Source of the DNA: a bacterium
Lineage (GTDB): Bacteria > Patescibacteriota > Patescibacteriia > JAACEG01 > JAGUWE01
Assembly: GCA_043798995.1 (NCBI GenBank)
Contig: JAZDOD010000010.1
Span: 845 to 64,844, forward strand
Reading direction: 5' to 3'
DNA length: 64,000 bases
Shown here: positions 9,855-18,859 of the stretch, in pieces
How positions within the stretch are numbered: the stretch's first letter is position 1
Layout of the letters: each line of letters begins with the position of its first letter
The notes under the pieces: generated by a model
Told to the model about the DNA's origin: nothing
What the model saw: the letters and a program-made list of their open reading frames with translations, nothing else
Database searches by the model: none
Made by a program: the position numbers and the translations under genes

Positions 9855-10700
9855 ATGATTGATTTAAAAAAGAAAATTAAATTACTAAAAGAATATTTTT
9901 TTCGGCGGTCAGAGGTTTTGATGGCGTTTGTTTTTGGCTCTCAGGCAAAAAAGAAGGCTGGTAAAATTTCTGATTGGGATATTGCCATTTATTTTCAACC
10001 GTGCTCAAAAGAGATAGAGTGGGAAAGCAACCGCCGTTATCCTCAAGAAGAAAAAATTTGGCTTGATTTAGTTGAACTGCTGGAAACTGATCAAGTTGAT
10101 TTAGTTGTTCTCAACCGAGCTTCAGCCAGCGTGGCAGCTTCAGCTCTTCAAGGCCTACCTTTAATAATCAAAGACCGTCAGCTTTTTCTTGAATTTATGT
10201 TAATTGTTAGTCGGGAAGCCGAAGATTATCGCCAAACTGCCAAAGAATACGCCGAGATTTACTGGCGCTCCTCTTCACTAAGTGAAGAAGATAAATACAT
10301 CCTTAATCGACGAGTTATTTTTCTTGATTCAGAATTAAAAGATGCAGCTAAATTCCGCGAGCTTAATCAGTTAGAATATGAAAAAGATAGCACCAAAAGA
10401 AGGGAAGTGGAGCGTTGGATTGAAAACTTGATCAATGCGGCCATTGATATTACAAAAATTATTTTAGCCAGCCAGAAGCGACCGATTCCCTCGACTTACA
10501 AAGAAGTTCTTCGAGCACTTGAAATTTTACCCAATTGTCCAAAAAATTTAGGAGAACAACTGGCTGTTTGGGCGGAACTGCGTAATATTCTGGCTCACGA
10601 GTATTTAGACATTCGCTGGCGGCGGATTGAAGATTTTATTAAAAAAAGCGAATCTTATTTTCAAAATTTAATCAAAATGGTCAAAGAAAATTTTCTTTAA
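9855..10700 (+). CDS. Fused minimal nucleotidyltransferase (MNT) plus HEPN/DUF86 RNase (MntA-HepT-like)
   Basis: FGSQAK..SDWDIAI (GS..DxD) in the N-terminal half; RNILAHEY (R-x4-H, adjacent Tyr) in the C-terminal half. Confidence 0.85.
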   Translation: MIDLKKKIKLLKEYFFRRSEVLMAFVFGSQAKKKAGKISDWDIAIYFQPCSKEIEWESNRRYPQEEKIWLDLVELLETDQVDLVVLNRASASVAASALQGLPLIIKDRQLFLEFMLIVSREAEDYRQTAKEYAEIYWRSSSLSEEDKYILNRRVIFLDSELKDAAKFRELNQLEYEKDSTKRREVERWIENLINAAIDITKIILASQKRPIPSTYKEVLRALEILPNCPKNLGEQLAVWAELRNILAHEYLDIRWRRIEDFIKKSESYFQNLIKMVKENFL

Positions 10701-10721
10701 ATTAGAAATTAATAATTACAT

Positions 10722-12131
10722 ATGCCTGCAGATGATATTAATCTTTTACCCCCAGACCTAAGGGGCAAAGAAGAAAAAATTAGGAAGAGGGCGCCTCGGA
10801 AAGTTTGGGAAATAAGAATGACCTCACCGCAACCCAAGCAATCGAAATTAAAAGAGGCATCGAAAACTTCGTGGTGGGAGGAAATGAAAAAGTTTTTAAC
10901 TCAACCCTTAGGCAAGAAAGCCCGACCAATGCCCTTAGGCAGTATGGCACCTCTTAAAATGCCAGTTTTTGAATATGAGAAGAAAGTTTTGGCTAAGCCG
11001 GCAGAAAAGCCAAAACTAATTGAAATAAAAACTTTGCCGTCGAAGGCAGAGCCGGCCAAAAAAGTATCATTTTGGTCCAGGGTTTTTAAAACCAAGAAGC
11101 ACGAACTAAAAATAGAAGCAAGGATGATTTCAACCAGGGATCTTCCTTCGCAAAAAAAAGAAATTTCGCCGTCAGTCAAAAAGGAAGCTGTCAAAGAAAT
11201 TGCCGCTTGGTCTAAGGTAACTGAACCGGAAAAAATTCAGCTCAAGCCAGCCCCCAAAATGTCATTTTGGTCGAAAATTTTCAAGAAAAAAGAAAGAAAA
11301 ATCACGCCATCGGTTCCATCGCCCCAAAAACCAGCCAAAGTTTCCTTTTTTGAAAAAATATTTGGGCCAAAAATCAAACCGGCTCGCAAGGAAACCCCTT
11401 TAGCGCCAGTACTTCATAAAAAAACATCTTTTTTTCAAAAGTTTTTTTCAGCCAAAGAAGAGCCGACTAAACCGGCCAAATCCTTTAAAACGCCGCCGCT
11501 GTCAGCTGGGGGAAAGAAAAAAGAAAAAGCGCCTCTTAAACCCAAGAAATTCAAAAGCCCGTCAATTTCTTTTATTCCCGAAAACGAGGTTTCGGCTAAG
11601 CTTAAGTTTTTTAAGAAAATATTCCTGGGCGAAATTGTTGTTCTTCTTTTTTGTTTTTTACTTGGCTTTAGTTATTTAATACTTCTTTGGTATCATGCCA
11701 ATTTAATGACTAAATCAAGCAATTTGGAAATAAAAATCAGCGAGTTAAAAGAAAAAATTGCGCGCAATCAAAAAGAGGAGGAGATGATGCTTATAGATCA
11801 GAAACGAATTAAAGCCGCTCAAGTGCTTTTGGATCAGCATATATATTGGTCTAACTTATTTGATTTGCTTGGAAGATACACCGTTGATGATGTTTATTAT
11901 AAAGATTTTGCTGTCAGTGATTTTGAAAAGATAACTTTGCAGGCCGTAGGCGCTGATTTCAGATCAATGGCCCGCCAACTTTTAGTTTTCAGCCAGGCTA
12001 AAGATTATATTAAGGATGTTAAAATCAGCAGCGGGAGTTACTCAATCACGGGAGTTAGTTTTACAATTAATTTGACAGTTGACAAAGCTTTATTTTACAA
12101 ACTTAGCTACGATAACAACAGCCTAAAATAA
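10722..12131 (+). CDS. PilN-like protein with a ~300-aa Lys/Pro-rich N-terminal extension
   Basis: N-terminal INLLP (PilM-binding motif), TM, coiled coil, LLDQHIYWSNLF; position before pilO. Confidence 0.7.
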   Translation: MPADDINLLPPDLRGKEEKIRKRAPRKVWEIRMTSPQPKQSKLKEASKTSWWEEMKKFLTQPLGKKARPMPLGSMAPLKMPVFEYEKKVLAKPAEKPKLIEIKTLPSKAEPAKKVSFWSRVFKTKKHELKIEARMISTRDLPSQKKEISPSVKKEAVKEIAAWSKVTEPEKIQLKPAPKMSFWSKIFKKKERKITPSVPSPQKPAKVSFFEKIFGPKIKPARKETPLAPVLHKKTSFFQKFFSAKEEPTKPAKSFKTPPLSAGGKKKEKAPLKPKKFKSPSISFIPENEVSAKLKFFKKIFLGEIVVLLFCFLLGFSYLILLWYHANLMTKSSNLEIKISELKEKIARNQKEEEMMLIDQKRIKAAQVLLDQHIYWSNLFDLLGRYTVDDVYYKDFAVSDFEKITLQAVGADFRSMARQLLVFSQAKDYIKDVKISSGSYSITGVSFTINLTVDKALFYKLSYDNNSLK

Positions 12132-12136
12132 AAATT

Positions 12137-12802
12137 ATGCTTCTTAATAAAGAAAATTTTAAAGTAATTATTGTTAGAAATTTAATTAAATATTTTTATC
12201 TAATCATTTTTTTAATTATCGTAATTATCGGTTTGATTGGTTATTACTATCTTTTCCTGCCGAAAATTGAACAAATCAGAGAATTGCAAGATGTTGATTT
12301 TTCAGCTAAACAAACAGATTTTTCTAAAAAAAGCGAGCATTTAAAAAAAGTTGAAGCACTGCAAAAGAATTATCAAACAATCAATGCAGATGATTTAGAA
12401 AAAATCAAACAAGTTATTCCCGAGGGGCCAGATTTGTCGGGGCTTTTTGTTCAGCTTCAAAGTTTAGGGCGGGAGTTTGATCTTCAACTTATTTCAGTGG
12501 CAGTAACAGAAGAAAAAAGTAATCAGGGCAAAGGAACGGTTAAGGAAGGCATTAGTTTTAATTTGCCAGGCCAAGAGGCTCCGTCGCAAGCCCTTTCCGG
12601 ACTTAATAATGTTAAAAAATTAAATATCAACCTTCAGTACCAAGGTCTTGGCAATTACGCTTCTTTTAAGAGTTTTCTTCTTGGTTTTGAAAATCATATT
12701 AGATTATTTGATATAAATAATCTAAGTTTTACCTTGGCTAAAACTGGTGAAAAAAGCGGTATGATTAATCTTAATTTTACTACTTATTATTTAGAGATAT
12801 AA
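12137..12802 (+). CDS. pilO: Type IV pilus assembly protein PilO-like
   Basis: TM, coiled coil, IPEGPDLSGLFVQL, GNYASFKSFLLGFENHIRLFDI. Confidence 0.72.
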   Translation: MLLNKENFKVIIVRNLIKYFYLIIFLIIVIIGLIGYYYLFLPKIEQIRELQDVDFSAKQTDFSKKSEHLKKVEALQKNYQTINADDLEKIKQVIPEGPDLSGLFVQLQSLGREFDLQLISVAVTEEKSNQGKGTVKEGISFNLPGQEAPSQALSGLNNVKKLNINLQYQGLGNYASFKSFLLGFENHIRLFDINNLSFTLAKTGEKSGMINLNFTTYYLEI

Positions 12803-12807
12803 ATATT

Positions 12808-13179
12808 ATGTTAATCTTAGAAGAAAAGGATAGAAAAAAGATGGTTTCGTCAATCGTAGTCTTAATCTTAATAATTTTGGGAGTGATGGGGCTTCTCTTT
12901 TTTTGGAGTTTATCTATTAGCGGATTCTCGGTTAGCAGTGTTAAGTCAACAATTTCCCTGCCTCAATTTTTAATCGGCAGCAAAGAAAAAATCATTGAGA
13001 GCACTAATATAGAAACAAGGATTTTTAAAGATTCAAAATTTAAAGCTTTAAGATCCTACGAAGTTCTGCCAATCAGAGAAGGAAGTTTTGGCAAAGCTGA
13101 TCCTTTTGCAGCGCCTTTTTTCTTTTCCCAAGAAGAATTTAGTAACGAAGAAGCGGGTAATAGCGAACCATTTAGATAA
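12808..13179 (+). CDS. Small membrane protein in the pilP position
   Basis: Single TM, GKADPF motif, operon position. Confidence 0.55.
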   Translation: MLILEEKDRKKMVSSIVVLILIILGVMGLLFFWSLSISGFSVSSVKSTISLPQFLIGSKEKIIESTNIETRIFKDSKFKALRSYEVLPIREGSFGKADPFAAPFFFSQEEFSNEEAGNSEPFR

Positions 13180-13222
13180 GAAGAAGAGTAAAAAATAATT
13201 TACCGCATTAATTTTTAATAAA

Positions 13223-14980
13223 ATGCCGAAATTAAGCAATTTGCTTTTAGATAAAATAGTTCAAAAGAAATTAGCCAGCGTCGCCGAACTTGAAAAATTA
13301 GTCAAAGAAAGCAAATCTTCCAATGAAGAGATTGAAAATTTGTTAGTCAAAAAAAGAATTGTTGATATTGAAACCCTAACCCAGCTTAAGGGCGAGCTTT
13401 TAGGAGTTCCTTATATTAATTTAAAGGGTACTTCGCTGGATCCGGCGGTGATTAGCTTAATTCCGTCTGAAGTAATGGAAAATCATCAGATTATTGCTTT
13501 TGAACGCGCCGAAGGGGAACTTAAGGTCGGTTTGGTTGAGCCGCAAAATTACCGGGCGATTGAAACAATTGAATTTTTGGCCAAAAAAAATCGTCTGCGC
13601 GTCAAATATTTTATCATTTCTGCCGCCAGCTTTGAGGAAGTTTACAGTAAGTTCAGAACTATTAAAAAAGAGGTGGAAAAGGTCTTAGATATTGCCTCAG
13701 CCAAATATACGCCGGCTAAAGAACGGGAAGGATTGTCCACGTTTAAGGAATTGGAAGTTGTTAAGGGAGCGCCGATTTCAAAAATTGTTGATGTCATTAT
13801 TAACCACGCGGTTGAAGGCAAGGCCTCGGATATTCATATTGAGCCGGGCTCTAAAGAGTCAAGGGTCCGCTATCGTTTGGACGGCATTTTGCATACCTCG
13901 TTAATTTTACCAATTTATTTACATTCAGCCATTATCTCGCGCATCAAAGTTTTGGCTAATTTGAAATTAGATGAAACCCGCATTCCCCAGGACGGGAGAA
14001 TTCGTTTGGTCATCAGCGGAAAACCGATTGATTTTCGTATTTCAACTTTGCCGCTCTTGGATAATGAAAAAGTGGTAATGAGGGTTTTGGATACTTCGGC
14101 CGGCGTGCTTAGCCTTTCAGATTTGGGCTTTAACAAACACCAAGTCGCCATTATTGAAAGAAATGTTGAGAGTTCGCACGGTATGTTTTTAGCGACCGGT
14201 CCGACCGGCTCTGGTAAATCAACCACGCTTTACACCGTGCTTAATATGCTTAATAAAGAAGGCGTTAACATTATTACTTTAGAAGATCCGGTTGAGTATT
14301 ATTTGAAAGGCGTTAATCAATCGCAAGTTAAGCCGGAAGTTGGTTTTACTTTCGCCAGCGGGCTTCGTTCAATTTTGCGCCAGGACCCGGACATTATTAT
14401 GGTCGGTGAAATCAGAGATAGCGAAACGGCCGAGCTGGCGATTCACGCCGCTTTGACCGGCCACATTGTGCTTTCAACTCTTCACACTAACGACGCTACC
14501 GGAGCCATTCCTCGGCTTATTGATATGAAAGTTGAGCCGTTTTTATTGTCTTCAACTTTAAACTTAGTAATTGCCCAAAGATTAATCCGCCGCCTTTGCC
14601 AGCATTGCCAGCAAGAGGTTGAGTTGCCGGCCAATCTTAAAGAGGATGTGTTTAAGGCCTTGGCCGAACTGCCCGACGAATATTTAGACGAAATAAATAT
14701 TAAAGACAAGAGAAATATTCCCGTTGAAAAATTGGTTTTTTATAAAGGCCAAGGTTGCAATCATTGCGGCGAGACCGGTTATAAAGGCCGCTCGGTTATT
14801 GCCGAAGTTTTGCAGGCGACGGATAATTTGAAAAAAATTATCAACGAGGGAAATAAAATTGATGAGGTAATGGCAGAAATTAAAAAACAGCAAATGATCT
14901 CGGTTGTTCAGGACGGCATTATTAAGGCCTTAAAAGGCATTACCAGTTTAGAAGAAGTGATGCGGGTGATGAGAGAATAA
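13223..14980 (+). CDS. pilB: Type IV pilus assembly ATPase PilB/GspE
   Basis: ASDIHIEP, Walker A GPTGSGKSTT, TLEDPVEY, LRQDPDIIMVGEIRD, Cys4 motif. Confidence 0.95.
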   Translation: MPKLSNLLLDKIVQKKLASVAELEKLVKESKSSNEEIENLLVKKRIVDIETLTQLKGELLGVPYINLKGTSLDPAVISLIPSEVMENHQIIAFERAEGELKVGLVEPQNYRAIETIEFLAKKNRLRVKYFIISAASFEEVYSKFRTIKKEVEKVLDIASAKYTPAKEREGLSTFKELEVVKGAPISKIVDVIINHAVEGKASDIHIEPGSKESRVRYRLDGILHTSLILPIYLHSAIISRIKVLANLKLDETRIPQDGRIRLVISGKPIDFRISTLPLLDNEKVVMRVLDTSAGVLSLSDLGFNKHQVAIIERNVESSHGMFLATGPTGSGKSTTLYTVLNMLNKEGVNIITLEDPVEYYLKGVNQSQVKPEVGFTFASGLRSILRQDPDIIMVGEIRDSETAELAIHAALTGHIVLSTLHTNDATGAIPRLIDMKVEPFLLSSTLNLVIAQRLIRRLCQHCQQEVELPANLKEDVFKALAELPDEYLDEINIKDKRNIPVEKLVFYKGQGCNHCGETGYKGRSVIAEVLQATDNLKKIINEGNKIDEVMAEIKKQQMISVVQDGIIKALKGITSLEEVMRVMRE

Positions 14981-14986
14981 TCCCCG

Positions 14987-15181
14987 CTCTAATTGACCTA
15001 ATTGACCTAATTGACCTAATTATTCTAAATAAATTCTCTCCCTACGGGAGATCTCTGTCCCTTCGGGACATCTCCCGAAGGGATGACCAAAGGGAGACAA
15101 ATCCCAATGACCAATAAAATTTTGGGATTTAGAAAATTGGGAATTATTTAGAGCAATTAGACTAATTAGAATAATTAGGAA
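14987..15181. repeat. Empty periodic inverted-arm element (9-mer CTAATTGAC arms) with nested twin-hairpin modules at 15037-15097
   Basis: CTAATTGAC x3 on the left, CAATTAGACTAATTAGAATAATTAG on the right; TCTCCC-N3-GGGAGA hairpins inside. Confidence 0.7.
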
Positions 15182-15198
15182 TTCTTTATGACAAATTT

Positions 15199-15621
15199 AT
15201 GGTCAACAACAACAAAAAAACAAAAATCCTCCTGATTGAAGATGACGTTTTTTTATCTAATATTTACAGCAAAAAATTTGAAAGCGAGGGCTTTGAAATG
15301 TTGATTGCTTTGGATGGAGAAAAGGGGCTGAAACTGGCTTTAAGCAAAGAGCCGGCTTTGATTTTATTAGATCTTCTTTTGCCGGGCCTAAACGGCTTTG
15401 AAGTTTTAAAAGTTCTTAAAAAAGACGAAATGGCAAAAAAGATTCCGGTCATTCTTTTAACTAATTTAAGCCAAAAAGAAGATATTGAAAAAGGACTAGC
15501 TTTGGGAGCAGACGATTATTTGATTAAGACCCATTTTATGCCTTCGGAAATAGTGGAAAAAGTCAAGAAGTTTTTAAGCAAAACATCTTTTAAATCCGAA
15601 ATCCTAAGCACTAAACTCTAA
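15199..15621 (+). CDS. Single-domain response regulator (receiver)
   Basis: ILLIEDD, LILLDLLLPGLNGFEVL, LLTN, GADDYLIK. Confidence 0.92.
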   Translation: MVNNNKKTKILLIEDDVFLSNIYSKKFESEGFEMLIALDGEKGLKLALSKEPALILLDLLLPGLNGFEVLKVLKKDEMAKKIPVILLTNLSQKEDIEKGLALGADDYLIKTHFMPSEIVEKVKKFLSKTSFKSEILSTKL

Positions 15622-15721
15622 ACAAATTCTAAACTTTAAATCACAAATTCTAAACGGTTTGGAATTTAAAAAATTGGAATTTTGAATTTGTTTAGGATTT
15701 AGAATTTCGGATTTAGGTATT
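15592..15721. repeat. Empty heptamer inverted-arm element (gene-less copy of the four-helix-bundle cassette)
   Basis: Left arm AAATCCG AAATCCT AAGCACT AAACTCT AAAC AAATTCT.. is joined by 1 nt to the right arm GTTTGGA..GTTT AGGATTT AGAATTT CGGATTT; same layout as the arms at 33538-34013. Confidence 0.82.
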
Positions 15722-15729
15722 TTTTTATT

Positions 15730-16941
15730 ATGTCCATTTTTAACTATAAGGCAAAAAACCGCAAAAGCCAGACCATTAAAGGCAAGGTTGAGGCAATGAC
15801 CGAGGAAGTGGCAGCTGATATTTTAAAAGACAAAAATCTTGTTGTTATTAAGATAAGCCGCCAGAAGCGGATTTTTGTTCTTGATAAGATTTCGGAAACA
15901 CTTTTTCATAGGGTTAAAATTAAAGATCAGGTGATTTTTTTTCGTCAGCTCTCTATCCTAATTTCAGCTAATATGCCCTTAGTCCAGTCTCTTCGCATTT
16001 TAGCCAAACAAACTCGCCTTGAGTCCTTTCAAAATATTATTTTAGACATAGCCGATGATGTGGAGGGAGGCAATCGCTTATCCGATTCTTTAGCCAAATA
16101 CCCGCGGGTTTTTAACAATTTCATTATCAATATGATTAGATCCGGCGAGACCTCGGGCAAGCTTGAAGAGGTCTTGATTTATCTGGCTAATCAGCAGGAA
16201 CAGGATTATGATATGATGAGTAAAATTCGCGGGGCAATGATTTATCCGGCTTTTATTTTCGGGATGTTACTTGTGGTTGGGGTGGTGGTGATGACTTTTG
16301 TCATTCCCAAACTGACCGCGATTTTTACCGAATCGGAAACCAAACTGCCAATGGCCACCACGATTTTGATCAATACTAGTAATTTTATCATCAATTTTTG
16401 GTGGCTTTTACTTTTACTTTTTTTTGTGCTTTTGTCATTTTTGCAAATTTATATCAGAACGCCCTTTGGCCGGCGTCAGTGGGATGTTTTTAAGTTAAAA
16501 ATACCGATTATCGGGCTGCTTTTTCAGAGAATTTATTTAGTCCGTTTTACCCGCAGTTTTTCCACCCTGCTGACCGGCGGAGTCGTAATTACCAAGGCCT
16601 TGGAAGTAACCAAAGAAGTGATTGGCAATGTAGTTTACAAGGAATTGATTGGCAAGACCATTAAAGAAGTTGAGGACGGCAACTCCTTAGTTTCAATTTT
16701 TAGACAGAGTCCCTATGTCCCGGCTATGGTTGTTCAGATGATTGCCGTGGGCGAAGAAGCCGGTAAATTAGATTTAGTGTTGACTAAAATCACTGATTTT
16801 TACACCAAAGAAGTGGAGACGCTCGTTAAAAATTTGCTGACCCTGCTTGAACCATTGGTTATTGTTTTAATGGGTTTGGGCGTGGCCGCTCTCGTCGCCG
16901 CCGTTATTTTGCCCATTTACAACTTGGCCTCGCAGTTCTAA
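15730..16941 (+). CDS. pilC: Type IV pilus platform protein PilC/GspF
   Basis: FFRQLSIL, GETSGKLEEVL, KIRGAMIYP, GEEAGKLD, LLEP. Confidence 0.95.
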   Translation: MSIFNYKAKNRKSQTIKGKVEAMTEEVAADILKDKNLVVIKISRQKRIFVLDKISETLFHRVKIKDQVIFFRQLSILISANMPLVQSLRILAKQTRLESFQNIILDIADDVEGGNRLSDSLAKYPRVFNNFIINMIRSGETSGKLEEVLIYLANQQEQDYDMMSKIRGAMIYPAFIFGMLLVVGVVVMTFVIPKLTAIFTESETKLPMATTILINTSNFIINFWWLLLLLFFVLLSFLQIYIRTPFGRRQWDVFKLKIPIIGLLFQRIYLVRFTRSFSTLLTGGVVITKALEVTKEVIGNVVYKELIGKTIKEVEDGNSLVSIFRQSPYVPAMVVQMIAVGEEAGKLDLVLTKITDFYTKEVETLVKNLLTLLEPLVIVLMGLGVAALVAAVILPIYNLASQF

Positions 16942-16969
16942 AAATTTAAAATTATTTTATTAAATTATT

Positions 16970-17390
16970 ACGAGTTTAGCGAGTTAGCGGGTTTATGAAA
17001 ATAAAAAATTTTGAGGATCTGAATATTTGGAAGTTAAGCTTAAAAATAACCAAGGAGATTTATGACTTAACTTCTAAAAGCGGTTTTTCTCATGACTTTG
17101 CTTTGAGAGATCAGATAAGAAGAGCCATTATTTCTGTTAGTTCTAATATCACGGAAGGATTTGAAAAAAATAACAACAATGAATTCATTCGTTATCTTAA
17201 AATCTCAAAAGGATCAACTGGCGAGGTTAGAAATCAACTTTATATCGCCTTGGCGGTAAATTATATTACTCAACAAGAATTTGAAAAGGTTAATCAAGAA
17301 TTAATATCTTTAGCCAATCAGATCGGGAAGTTTATTAGTTATTTAGAAATAAGAAGAAAATTAACCCGCCAAACCCGTTAAACTCGCTAA
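16970..17390 (+). mobile_element. Four-helix-bundle cassette 1 with inverted ~9-mer arms
   Basis: Left ACGAGTTTAGCGAGTTAGCGGGTTT; right TAACCCGCCAAACCCGTTAAACTCGCTAA (imperfect reverse complement). Confidence 0.7.
16995..17381 (+). CDS. Four helix bundle protein (23S rRNA-IVS/TIGR02436-like)
   Basis: FEDLNIWK, DFALRDQIRRAIISVSSNITEGFE, FIRYLKISKGSTGEVRNQL. Confidence 0.92.
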   Translation: MKIKNFEDLNIWKLSLKITKEIYDLTSKSGFSHDFALRDQIRRAIISVSSNITEGFEKNNNNEFIRYLKISKGSTGEVRNQLYIALAVNYITQQEFEKVNQELISLANQIGKFISYLEIRRKLTRQTR

Positions 17391-17452
17391 ATAGATTAAT
17401 AAAAGGAATAAATTTTAATTTTTTATTTTAATTTTACCTTTCCATTATTTTA

Positions 17453-17469
17453 TGTTATAATGTGGATAA
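17453..17469 (+). promoter_or_regulatory. Extended -10 promoter of the major pilin overlapping a DnaA-box match
   Basis: TGTTATAAT at 17453-17461, TGTGGATAA at 17461-17469; strong SD AGGAAGGGGGTGA before ATG 17518. Confidence 0.5.
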
Positions 17470-17517
17470 CTAATTAAAATGAAGAATTAAAATTCTTAAC
17501 AGGAAGGGGGTGAAACA

Positions 17518-18051
17518 ATGTTAAAAAAGAAAAAAGGTTTTACTTTAATTGAATTATTGGTCGTTATCGCTATTATTGGTATTTTATCAACCTTAGCCAT
17601 TATTGCCTTAGGCAATGCCCGCGCCAAAGCCCGAGACGCCAAGCGTCTTTCCGATGTCAAACAGCTTTCTACCGCCTTAGAGATAGCTGAAACAACCAAT
17701 CCCGGAGCTAGTTTAGCCTGTCTCGGCCGTGTTATAACAGACAATGGTGTAGCCACAGATACTTGCACCGATTTAACCGAATCCGCTAATGGCGTAGTTT
17801 TAAACTGGGATAATTTTTATGATCCTTCTTGCTCTCCTACTGCTACCCCTGCTTGTACCACTGTTTGCTCTACTGCTGCTCCAACAACAGCGTGTATGTA
17901 CTCAGTAAATCTTGGTGCAACTGTTGCGATGACCACTGCTAATTACAATATTTGTTTTCGCATGGAACAAACCAGTAGTGTAGGTGGCGCCGGTCTTTAT
18001 AAGATTTCCACCGGTGGCAATATTTCATCGGGTTGTACCGATTTACCGTAA
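17518..18051 (+). CDS. pilA: Type IV major pilin
   Basis: KKKG|FTLIELLVVIAIIGIL class III signal, ARAKARDAKRLSD; own promoter, SD and terminator. Confidence 0.88.
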   Translation: MLKKKKGFTLIELLVVIAIIGILSTLAIIALGNARAKARDAKRLSDVKQLSTALEIAETTNPGASLACLGRVITDNGVATDTCTDLTESANGVVLNWDNFYDPSCSPTATPACTTVCSTAAPTTACMYSVNLGATVAMTTANYNICFRMEQTSSVGGAGLYKISTGGNISSGCTDLP

Positions 18052-18126
18052 CATGTTTTTTACTTTGTCGCCTGCCGGCAGGCTGGATTTTACAAAGGGA
18101 AAAAACAAAAAAGCAACCGGATTTAA

Positions 18127-18165
18127 TAAAACAAAAACTTCTCTAAAAGAGAAGTTTTTGTTTTA
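18127..18165 (+). terminator. Intrinsic terminator after the pilin gene
   Basis: TAAAACAAAAACTTCTC-taaaa-GAGAAGTTTTTGTTTTA. Confidence 0.7.
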
Positions 18166-18220
18166 TACGTTTTCGTCATTAAGGGTAATTTGTGATATAA
18201 TTTTAACAAGGGAGGATTAA

Positions 18221-18848
18221 AAATCTCCCTCAATCCCTCTTTTACAAAGAGGGAAACCGTTTTTCTCCCTTTAAAAAAGGGAGAACCAAAGAGGGATTTG
18301 TATATCTTCTCCTTTTGTCAAAAGGGAGAATTTCCGCCCAAGGCGGATCCGCCTCTGGCGGAAAAGAGGGATTTTTATGAGACGTTACTATAAATCTCAT
18401 TTAAGAAATATTTCCAGAAAACTTAGAAGTAATATGACCGAAGCAGAAATAAAACTCTGGAATAGAATTAGAAAAAAACAAATTAACAATTTTCAATTTT
18501 ATAGACAAAAACCGTTAGGTAAATACGTGGCGGATTTCTATTGCCCGGTTAAGGAGTTGGTCATTGAAATAGACGGAGGACAACGTTACGACGAAGCCGG
18601 AGAAATCACAAGGGAAGATAAAGAAAAAGAAAATTATCTTAAAAATATTTTAAAATTAAAAGTAATAAGATTCACTAATATTGAGATAACGAAGAATTTA
18701 GACGGTGTGGTAAATAGTTTAATAGAAGAATTAAAGTAAAAATCTCCCTCAGTCCCTCTTTTACAAAGAGGGAAGTCACTTCTCTCCCTTTAGAAAAGGG
18801 AGAGTTTCCGCCCAAGGCGGATCCGCCTCTGGCGGAAAAGAGGGATTT
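18221..18848 (+). mobile_element. DUF559 cassette bounded by ~110-155 bp direct poly-hairpin repeats
   Basis: AAATCTCCCTCA(A/G)TCCCTCTTTTACAAAGAGGGAA..TCCGCCCAAGGCGGATCCGCCTCTGGCGGAAAAGAGGG on both sides of the gene. Confidence 0.75.
18377..18739 (+). CDS. DUF559 / Vsr-like endonuclease domain protein
   Basis: SRKLRSNMTEAEIKLW, FYRQKPLGKYVADFYC, LVIEIDGGQ, VIRFTN. Confidence 0.9.
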   Translation: MRRYYKSHLRNISRKLRSNMTEAEIKLWNRIRKKQINNFQFYRQKPLGKYVADFYCPVKELVIEIDGGQRYDEAGEITREDKEKENYLKNILKLKVIRFTNIEITKNLDGVVNSLIEELK

Positions 18849-18859
18849 GCACATCTCTT

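Noticed and set aside
18047-18072. Second ECF-like promoter GTAAC-N16-CGCC
   Set aside because: Imperfect match that overlaps the pilin stop and lies upstream of a terminator
17984-18220. 78-aa ORF after the pilin
   Set aside because: Overlaps the pilin end and runs through the terminator and a promoter-like site
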